This document shows positions 24,101 to 30,343 of a stretch of 30,343 nucleotides of DNA, piece after piece (the stretch's first letter is position 1; the number at the start of each line of letters is the position of its first letter). The position numbers and the translations under genes are program-made. The DNA is from Candidatus Thorarchaeota archaeon SMTZ1-45 (GTDB taxonomy: Archaea; Asgardarchaeota; Thorarchaeia; Thorarchaeales; Thorarchaeaceae), in NCBI GenBank assembly GCA_001563335.1, contig LRSL01000110.1:1-30343 (forward strand), given 5' to 3'. Under the pieces are notes generated by a model. It saw only the letters and a list, made by a program, of their open reading frames with translations. It did not search any database and had not been told where the DNA came from.

Positions 24101-27100
24101 CGGACGGTAGACTCTATGTCTTCCAATGGCCTTATGAGTTGATGCAATGTAACTATCTTGGACAAGACCTGTTTATTCCTCACTATGCAACCAAGCTGTT
24201 CGCTTATGTAATTGTAGGAGGAACTAATTATCCGATTCCACAAGCTGGTGAACCACTAAATGGGTGGTGGGACTTGGACTGGATTATTCAAAACAAGTAC
24301 TCGCTTGAGTTTGCGACCATTAACGGAACTACATACACTGCAAAGAAGCTATTGGAATGGAATGGATTCGACTGGGTTCCTTACCAAGAATATCATCCAG
24401 GTCCACCAATGCCATACTATTATGATGTGTATTGGGTGAATGTATCCGGTACAGTCTACAACCTTACAGACTGGGGTTGGGATCCTTCATATGGTGAATA
24501 CGTGATGAGCTATCAATGGTTCCCAGAATCGTATCCATGGGTGACAAAAGCAAATGGGTCACATTTCGTGTCTGAGGTGTTCCATACTGATTGGACCATT
24601 GCTGTGGGAGAAACTAACCAAACTACACTCGAGTTTGAGTCATCTGCATGGCTTGATGTGGTAACTGGATACTACGATGGTGACTATTATTCCAGCAGTA
24701 TATTCTCTTGGAACTCAACTCATGTTCCAGGCTATGAATATGTGTTGACTAGTTCAGGTGAGGAGTTCACACATAACTCGACCTGGAGGGCTGTGTTCCA
24801 CAACATTACACTCTCCAATGGCACCTTCTTCTACTCAGCATGGGAACATCCAAACATCTGGCCAACGGATGTCACCAACTGGGAGATTGATACTTTCTAT
24901 ATGATTGATATCTATGGGGTTGAACATTGGTGGTATGGATGGGATGAATACACTTCTGATGTGATTGTCGTTACCAATGTCACAGGTGATCCTTGGGGTG
25001 GTGGTACTTTCTGGTTTGAGGGCGCTGATGTTCCAGTCTTGCGTTACAATGTAACTCAGTGGGACTGGGATGGATGGACATGGTTCATGAGCAAGCATGA
25101 AGAAGATAGTATTTGGCCTCAATTCTACGAATTCATCCAAGCTGGCAATGGAACAATATACGAGATTGTTCCACTTCACTACACGCCTGAGAGTTATCGC
25201 TACAACTTCCCATCGTGGCAATTCTACAGCAATGGTGTTTGGTACAATATCTCTGGAAGATCTGATATGATTTACAAGGCATATCGGTTTGAAGGATACT
25301 CAAAGAAGCTGGACTATGCACCACTTCCTGTGACTGTAATCACAACTCAGGATGTTCTAATTACTGGTGCACCTGAATGGGGTATGTGGGATGCTGATTT
25401 ATGGACAATCAATCCAGAAACTGGAGCGCTTGACCTTGACGGAAATTTAGATACCACTGCAGACCAGTTCTTCATTGAGGAGTTCCATTCATCAACTGAT
25501 ATCTATAACATAACTCATGAATATCTGGATGTTAGCATTTACTGGGAACCTGATAATAGTAGTTGGGCTGATGAGTTTTATCTTCACTCCTTCACAGGGA
25601 TGGTGACCTTTAATTGGATATTCTCATGGGTTGAATACTATATCTGGACAAAAGCATCAACAGGTGAAACTCTCACTGCAGCTGAATTTGATGCTGTCAA
25701 GAATATCCTCTTTGACCAGTGGGGTAATCCAAAACCTGGATACTGGGGTGTTTCATGGTTGGCTGAAAATTTCACATCAGCTGATCTTGTTCAACGAGCA
25801 ATAGAAGAGGGCTGGGATTGGGTACCAGACAACTCACGAGAATGGAGCTGGCTCTGGTGGGAGCTTGATGAACATTACAGCTCTGAGATTAGCAATGGTA
25901 CTCACTCTGAACTGATGGATATAAACTTAGCATACGAATATGCTGGTATGTTTGCTTGGGAAGATGAGGATGATGACAATTTCATGGATGTTTCATCTGA
26001 AAGTCTTGGTGATGCTGAGATGAGTCATTACTGGATGCCCATCGATGTTGAATCAGTGAGCTTTGTCACTCCAGGTGAAGCCTTTGGCAATTTCAATTCC
26101 ACAGACACCATGCTTCTTGATGTGAATGATACAATAGATTTCGGAGTCACTTTCACAAACGTGACAGGCATGGTCTTTCCATTTGGACAGTTCTCCTATT
26201 GGGATTGGTATGATGGAAAGTATCATGGGTCAGACTTCAGTACATTTAATGAGCGACCCACTGAATGCACAACAGAAGAGTTCTCTCTTGTTGTGCATTT
26301 CACTGGAATTGTGAACGAAACTGGCTCCAACATTGCTCAAGTCAAGTTCGACATCACTATTGGTGATTGGGATATTGATACACCCGGTGGCCGTAGTGTC
26401 ATTGAAGGAGTTAGCCTTGCAGTAGCTTTCTATAGCGACCTCTCTATCGTATCTGGAGGAGGTGGTGGAGCGACAGCGTCATACTTGGATGATTATAGTC
26501 AAGTACTTAGTAATGATGTGGCTTCTCCATCCAGCAATTACACGATGACTTCAGGAGTGAGTAGCGTTGCACTCATGAGCTTGGGGGGAGCACCTTACTC
26601 TTGGACAAAGAATGCATCACAACAATGTACTGTAGATGCACAGACAGTTCCAATTGCAGCTGTTAGTGCCATCTATGTTTCAGGAGGTGGAGGTACCGCT
26701 ACAACCTTCTCAATCTCTTCTGAGCAGTTCTATACATTGATTGGTTTCAAGTGGTGGGATGGTTGGGCTGTTTCTGTAGATCCAATTTTTGTTGCATATG
26801 TTTCTCCAGGATCTGCTGATACTGAAGCCCCATCATTTGGCTCCACATTTCATTCTGCTGTTGAGATTACAGGAGTCGATTATGTACACATCGAAGCCTC
26901 AGTTTCTGATGCTGGTGGCTCCCAGATTGCAGGAGTAAAAGTCTGGGACATCGATAACAATGTGAACTACTCAATGACCTTCAATGAAGGATTGAATGTC
27001 TGGGAAGTCAATATTCCTCGGTCTATTGATGGTCGATACAATTTCAACTATCAGATCGTAGCGACAGACAATGCAGGAAATGTTGCCTATACATCAACAC

Positions 27101-27885
27101 AGTCCTTCATGTTCAGAGATAATATCGCTCCGACAATCGATACTCTGAACATTGTAAATGGAACCAATCCAATGGGTCATGAGATTGCAACTGTCACTGC
27201 TACAGTATCTGATACAGGTGGATCGGGTATTGATTATGTTATCCTAACCTACTGGAACACAACAGGGGTGTTCAATGTCACAATGACATTCTCTGTAGGT
27301 TCTTACAGTGGTGAGATTCCTAATCATGCACCTAGTACTATTGTTCAATATGGAGTCACTGCGTACGATATTGATGGCAATCTAGAGTGGAGTGGATGGG
27401 ATACTTTCACATTCTCACTTGGAGCAGGTCCTGATACAATAGGGCCCTCTGTCACATTAGTTTCGCATGATCCAACTAGTCCTGGGTCAAGTGACGCAGT
27501 GACAGTGTCAGCTGACATTCAAGATGTTTCTGATGTTTCTTCTGCAGTATTGCAGTATAGAGTTGATTCAGGGGCTTGGAACAATGTGACCATGAACTCT
27601 GTTGGTACTACCTGGAGTGCTGTGATCCCTGCACAAGCAGATGGATCCACAGTCATCTATAGAATTGTGGCATATGACACTGTCGGCAATGAAGCAGTTT
27701 CTGGAGAATATTCCTATGATGTAGAAGATGTGGTTACAACTCCAACCACACCAACGCAACCTACAACGTCAAGACCACCACCACCACCACCACCAATAGG
27801 TGACGAGTCACTACTCATGGTATACGGTGCTTTTGGAGCATTGGTCATAATTGTGCTGCTTCTAGCTGCTAGAAGACGAAAATAA
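21160..27885 (+). CDS. Giant (~2240 aa) acidic, Trp/Tyr-rich cell-surface glycoprotein: signal peptide, three C-terminal Ig-like repeats, P/T linker and C-terminal TM anchor
   Basis: N-terminal KTITKT plus hydrophobic stretch; about 50 N-x-S/T sequons by hand count; repeats beginning DTEAPS, DNIAPT and DTIGPS; TTPTTPTQPTTSRP7; TM followed by RRRK. The start is uncertain (ACG 21160 or GTG 21151; ORF track TTG 21052). Confidence 0.85.
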   Translation, partial: TKTITKTLSTFALVLFTVTLFINLPILPTITDSHIVTLMNSNVAKPQMMPADYPFNFTEVSWDQATVNEYREHQWNSTRYRFGPSVNWHTRNATSNEIIAWDEEIPLNSWFDFIIEIPKTALGSQVPHAVAIQGSYFNLSEMEDGEMNQEGPHPISLLAMYYVPEDKWEIYSSKQTNWPEGPPGELPENFTLSDIFGPMVEPFANLDEINSDYRPGVEAYWGRFRVSFNSSTLPGFYAFTAMAFDSSFQPIAESQFSETGGRLIGVDLHGIVNSAFGGYYTISRLDDDGDILYTANRGEDFNFTVTISNATFMENVTIHMTAPSQLKVQKWVYGPYQESEIRYGAWEWNQLAGTYIWNASAVVTWAEPKYGYHWEETYTWVNMGKEYNFYDPWGDWTEVRQSWPSFSIAYDFSTGSWMYYAAYNYENHTFIDSEWKYVHWEEYEPWSLEFPVPFVLNETSSDVYINVLGKLVVQFRGHISEDMLPSGSEYGDTIKIYERLFNHLGQELVNYVHLPIAEPYERIDYENQRELAIDTPVSIVKLIHKGEPYSPSWMFQANIGEIFTVSSRLQGGIEYADDIDGVAFILYGHDERRGFDLGIEWWQYSDIQVEVKVSPVGAIQINVYNYTVRTSWGYGEHYEWVHVEIAPGIWETQRVLVSDWFWQELIWDFEANDWTEQHFPMKSSKAKMPTSFLIAGNVTYSVIGDDLKVAFDVTPLPDMPALEWWWEYIYGNLTWVTDYESGWGSHTVLGWTEDTVYHYYNGTDIVYVDSPFKAPIFRNNATGELYEREKIPYIIINGRPEPLKTYIFGEFDYTYETLLREEYDYVLDETRHFVKLINGSELEVFGDQIAAIFNITLMNGTSFLSFNEYPEYMGWVEGIDYYYMIGVDGSLITGQWPIIWDGYLATRYDVTPVTMIEHRYVSYATPIAPYEPSKTRPIYMVGWPQSVGPDHWVIYLNETWERIDIWRYWEDGGLYYYHNYTDGRLYVFQWPYELMQCNYLGQDLFIPHYATKLFAYVIVGGTNYPIPQAGEPLNGWWDLDWIIQNKYSLEFATINGTTYTAKKLLEWNGFDWVPYQEYHPGPPMPYYYDVYWVNVSGTVYNLTDWGWDPSYGEYVMSYQWFPESYPWVTKANGSHFVSEVFHTDWTIAVGETNQTTLEFESSAWLDVVTGYYDGDYYSSSIFSWNSTHVPGYEYVLTSSGEEFTHNSTWRAVFHNITLSNGTFFYSAWEHPNIWPTDVTNWEIDTFYMIDIYGVEHWWYGWDEYTSDVIVVTNVTGDPWGGGTFWFEGADVPVLRYNVTQWDWDGWTWFMSKHEEDSIWPQFYEFIQAGNGTIYEIVPLHYTPESYRYNFPSWQFYSNGVWYNISGRSDMIYKAYRFEGYSKKLDYAPLPVTVITTQDVLITGAPEWGMWDADLWTINPETGALDLDGNLDTTADQFFIEEFHSSTDIYNITHEYLDVSIYWEPDNSSWADEFYLHSFTGMVTFNWIFSWVEYYIWTKASTGETLTAAEFDAVKNILFDQWGNPKPGYWGVSWLAENFTSADLVQRAIEEGWDWVPDNSREWSWLWWELDEHYSSEISNGTHSELMDINLAYEYAGMFAWEDEDDDNFMDVSSESLGDAEMSHYWMPIDVESVSFVTPGEAFGNFNSTDTMLLDVNDTIDFGVTFTNVTGMVFPFGQFSYWDWYDGKYHGSDFSTFNERPTECTTEEFSLVVHFTGIVNETGSNIAQVKFDITIGDWDIDTPGGRSVIEGVSLAVAFYSDLSIVSGGGGGATASYLDDYSQVLSNDVASPSSNYTMTSGVSSVALMSLGGAPYSWTKNASQQCTVDAQTVPIAAVSAIYVSGGGGTATTFSISSEQFYTLIGFKWWDGWAVSVDPIFVAYVSPGSADTEAPSFGSTFHSAVEITGVDYVHIEASVSDAGGSQIAGVKVWDIDNNVNYSMTFNEGLNVWEVNIPRSIDGRYNFNYQIVATDNAGNVAYTSTQSFMFRDNIAPTIDTLNIVNGTNPMGHEIATVTATVSDTGGSGIDYVILTYWNTTGVFNVTMTFSVGSYSGEIPNHAPSTIVQYGVTAYDIDGNLEWSGWDTFTFSLGAGPDTIGPSVTLVSHDPTSPGSSDAVTVSADIQDVSDVSSAVLQYRVDSGAWNNVTMNSVGTTWSAVIPAQADGSTVIYRIVAYDTVGNEAVSGEYSYDVEDVVTTPTTPTQPTTSRPPPPPPPIGDESLLMVYGAFGALVIIVLLLAARRRK
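27775..27795 (+). repeat. (CCA)7 trinucleotide run encoding a polyproline linker
   Basis: Seven consecutive CCA codons immediately before the TM anchor. Confidence 0.9.
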
Positions 27886-27893
27886 AGCAAGTA

Positions 27894-27923
27894 AGCGGGC
27901 TTTATGCCCGCTCTTTTACTTTT
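27894..27923 (+). terminator. Hairpin plus U-tract terminator
   Basis: AGCGGGC-TTTAT-GCCCGCT, followed by CTTTTACTTTT. Confidence 0.75.
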
Positions 27924-27944
27924 TATTATGTATCACGACTAATG

Positions 27945-28343
27945 CTAACTCAGTTGAGATTTCAGCTTCTCATGGAAGAATTTGATGCCTGCAAGATGTG
28001 CCTCATATGTGCAATTGAACAAATCGTATGAAATTCCTGTAACAGGAATTGCATTGCGGATCATTATACAGTCCTTCTTATCAATACCAAAATTGACCTC
28101 GACAAGGGTGGCGTTTGATTTGAGAAGCTTCTCGTAAACAGTCCTTCTATTCTTAGTTGGGACTTCCGAGAGGTCCATTAGTCGAGTGGTTAGAGTTATC
28201 CAATTCGTTCCGGGAAACACTTCTATTACTTCTGCCTCAGTAGGTCCATAAGGATATAAACTGAAGGTCTTCCTACCGTGCTCTTCAAAATTGATCTCCA
28301 GACGTTTAAGATACTCTTTAGCAATGAACCATGTCGTGCTCAT
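27945..28343 (-). CDS. YbjN-like (type III chaperone fold) protein, paralog 2
   Basis: 'KEYLKRLEINF...NWITL...VYEKLLKSNATLVEVNFGIDKKDCI...ISYDLF' parallels the ORF at 5378-5830. Confidence 0.65.
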   Translation of the reverse strand: MSTTWFIAKEYLKRLEINFEEHGRKTFSLYPYGPTEAEVIEVFPGTNWITLTTRLMDLSEVPTKNRRTVYEKLLKSNATLVEVNFGIDKKDCIMIRNAIPVTGISYDLFNCTYEAHLAGIKFFHEKLKSQLS

Positions 28344-28602
28344 CTATACTCGTTCCTACCTGAGGACTCTCCTCACTTCACCAATTGTTTCCGCAGTTTA
28401 ACCTACACAAATATGCACAATTACTAGTAAAAGTCTTCGCTTTGTTAGAATTGAGATTGTTGATTTCCAAGTTGTGGCTTTCAATAAAAACACTGAGGAT
28501 TCTCATTTGAAAAGTAGCGACATTAGATCCTTCACCACTCGGTTCATTTAATAAGAAGAAGATGCTTGAGTATCTCTAACATCCTAGGAGGAGTGATATC
28601 TA

Positions 28603-28989
28603 ATGGCAGAAATACCAATGAGTCAACCTGACTATCGTGGACCTGGTGAACGACCACTTGGTGTCACAATAATTGCGGGTCTTCAAATCCTCAGCTCGAT
28701 TATTTTCCTATTAGTTGGTTACTTCTTAGTTTTTGTTGGAGCTGGCCTTGGCTTTTTTGGCTTGGGTTTGCTGTTTGGAGGAGTATTTCTCATCATTGGG
28801 TTTATCGGATTTATTATCGGTTGGGGTCTATGGACCTTAAAGGGATGGGCATGGATGATTGCATTCGTTCTGAACCTTATCAGTGTCATTATAGCACTGA
28901 TCGGTTTTGACATAATCAGTCTGATAATTCCATTGATAATTGTGATATACCTGAATCAACGTGACGTCAAGGCGGCCTTTGGGCGGTAG
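28603..28989 (+). CDS. Small membrane protein with about 4 TM helices, function unknown
   Basis: 'RPLGVTIIA...GWGLWTLKGWAW...IIVIYLNQRDVKAAF', a common small archaeal/bacterial membrane family pattern. Strong SD GGAGGAGTGA. Confidence 0.85.
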   Translation: MAEIPMSQPDYRGPGERPLGVTIIAGLQILSSIIFLLVGYFLVFVGAGLGFFGLGLLFGGVFLIIGFIGFIIGWGLWTLKGWAWMIAFVLNLISVIIALIGFDIISLIIPLIIVIYLNQRDVKAAFGR

Positions 28990-29014
28990 TCGCCGCCATA
29001 CCTCAAAACGTGAG

Positions 29015-29052
29015 TATTCCGGGTCGCGGGACCTGGAGTACCATATTTTTTC
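29015..29052 (+). terminator. Hairpin (with G-U pairs) plus U-tract terminator
   Basis: TATTCCGGGTC-GCGG-GACCTGGAGTA pairs fully only on the + strand (G-U pairs), followed by CCATATTTTTT. Confidence 0.65.
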
Positions 29053-29129
29053 TCTTAGACCATGTAGTTATCTTTGACACTTCGTTAAGGGTAGTAAACT
29101 CCTTAAGAGATGAGGATTCTGCGGTGTTT

Positions 29130-30343
29130 ATGGAAGGATGGATTCAAAGATGGATGAGTTGGGGGTTTCTAGCGATTACTATTGTCATCCATATCGGATT
29201 CATCTCTTCGTTGTGGACAGGGATGTTAAACTGGCTTTTTTATGATACACAGTACTTAGTTGGTCAAGGAGCGGACTTCTTCTCTTATTATCAAGCTGGA
29301 CACAATGTTTTGAATGGGCTTGATTGTTATACTATTCCAGACTCCCTAGTCGTTCCCTATCTCTACCCCTATAGATACCTTCCATATTTCGCCTATTCTT
29401 TTGGGGCTATTTTTAATTTAGCACCCCCTACACTTGCATATTGGCTCTGGGTTGGAATTCTAACTTCTTTTATATGGTTAGCAGCATTTCGGACTCGAGC
29501 CCTCGCTAAAGCACTGCATCGACCAGATTGGGAGGGGAGAGTTGCAATGGGGATGTGGTTTTTTTTCTCTCCTGTATACATTGAACTCTTTCTAGGACAA
29601 GTAACACTCATCGCTGGTATCTTGATGTTTTTTGCATTGACTACGCCTTCATTTGTTAATGGGGGGAATACAAAATGGACTATGACAATATCATGGATGA
29701 CAGCTTCGCTCACTAAATTGATTCCCTTTTTTATTACGCCTGTACTTTTGGGAGCAGGAAGGGTTCGGTCAGTCTTGGTGGCTATAACAGTTACATTGCT
29801 AGTGATTGTAGTAGTACCTGCAGGTTTAGAATCACTTCAATTCTTTCTCGATTTCAATACTGCACGTTCAATGTACATTTTCCCATATGTAGGGAGTCAT
29901 TCATTGAAGATGCTAATCTTTTATCTAATAGGACAGTATACCAACGATTTTCGTATTATTACAGGTCTGCTCATTGGAGTCTTCCTTTCGTTATCAGTTA
30001 TTACCACACTATACTCCCGGGACTTGTGGTCATGTGCAGGGTTGTTATCTTTAACCTATTTCTTCATAATGACAGACGTTTGGGAACATCATTATACCTT
30101 TATTCTGCCACTTTTAGTGCTTGCCTGGATTCGTGGTCAACCTGAGGATAAGGCACGGTGGGTACCACTAGTGCTAGTATTATTACTGAGTTTGCCCATG
30201 ATGCCGATTGTTGCGTTTTTATCAGGTGTCGGTTCTGAGGTTCACCCAATAACTTGGAGTCCATTTTGGCAGATCATCTACCATAGCTCGAAAGTTGTGC
30301 CTTCCCTCATTCTTTATGTATGGTTTCTCATGATTGCGAAACG
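29130..30343 (+). CDS. GT87/DUF2029-like GT-C membrane glycosyltransferase; runs off the window end and is absent from the ORF track
   Basis: Hand translation from ATG 29130 (after GGTG) is stop-free to the end of the window: MEGWIQRW...GADFFSYYQAGHNVLNG...YPYRYLPYFA...FSPVYIELFLGQVTLI...TKLIPF...DVWEHHY. Confidence 0.85.
   Translation, partial: MEGWIQRWMSWGFLAITIVIHIGFISSLWTGMLNWLFYDTQYLVGQGADFFSYYQAGHNVLNGLDCYTIPDSLVVPYLYPYRYLPYFAYSFGAIFNLAPPTLAYWLWVGILTSFIWLAAFRTRALAKALHRPDWEGRVAMGMWFFFSPVYIELFLGQVTLIAGILMFFALTTPSFVNGGNTKWTMTISWMTASLTKLIPFFITPVLLGAGRVRSVLVAITVTLLVIVVVPAGLESLQFFLDFNTARSMYIFPYVGSHSLKMLIFYLIGQYTNDFRIITGLLIGVFLSLSVITTLYSRDLWSCAGLLSLTYFFIMTDVWEHHYTFILPLLVLAWIRGQPEDKARWVPLVLVLLLSLPMMPIVAFLSGVGSEVHPITWSPFWQIIYHSSKVVPSLILYVWFLMIAK

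Noticed and set aside
27775-27795. Polyproline run as a profilin/actin-regulator binding site, or as a phase-variable repeat
   Set aside because: It lies on the extracellular side of the TM anchor, and triplet slippage would keep the frame. It is a simple linker.
200-28989. Genome-wide TAG recoding (pyrrolysine code) suggested by the peptidase-coaD junction
   Set aside because: TAG ends several genes at their natural C-termini (trpS, 2329, 8533, ogt-like, coaD, 20918, 28989), some directly followed by terminators, so it acts as a normal stop.
331-29713. Numerous short ORFs in the track overlapping the long genes (e.g. 1945-2316, 4132-4512, 10304-10726, 15147-15572, 24835-25221, 29393-29713)
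   Set aside because: They are antisense or alternate-frame shadows of well-supported genes, with no motifs or SD sites.
1-30343. CRISPR arrays, tRNA/rRNA, IS elements, integrases, defence systems
   Set aside because: I saw no regularly spaced repeats, cloverleaf/T-loop motifs, terminal inverted repeats, or transposase/nuclease motifs.

Overview
This is a gene-dense archaeal chromosomal window with no mobile element, CRISPR array, tRNA or rRNA that I can see. Archaeal-type TrpRS, alpha2 GlyRS, archaeal PPAT, an Nre-family protein, TATA-like promoters and GAGGTG ribosome-binding sites point to an archaeon. The SNAP-like helical proteins and the giant W/Y-rich surface protein suggest an Asgard (Thorarchaeia-like) genome, which is inference only. 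Housekeeping genes (trpS 3' end, alaX, class II hmgA, glyS, ogt-like, USP, ASKHA/RACo, coaD, M28 peptidase, ferritin) are interleaved with uncharacterised membrane and surface genes. The most interesting items are: (1) a tail-to-tail pair of SNAP (soluble NSF attachment protein)-like solenoid proteins, one fused to two Ig-like domains; (2) a coaD whose catalytic HxGH N-terminus needs a CTG start or read-through from the in-frame upstream peptidase; (3) a ~2240-aa sequon-rich surface protein with a probable ACG start, next to a ~900-aa SpoIIM-fused membrane protein; (4) a ferritin 5' leader built from four alternating TCAAC/GTTGA boxes that overlap the ribosome-binding site; (5) a candidate promoter-to-terminator small RNA in the 9274-9684 intergenic gap. 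All family calls come from motif recognition by eye, not from database searches.
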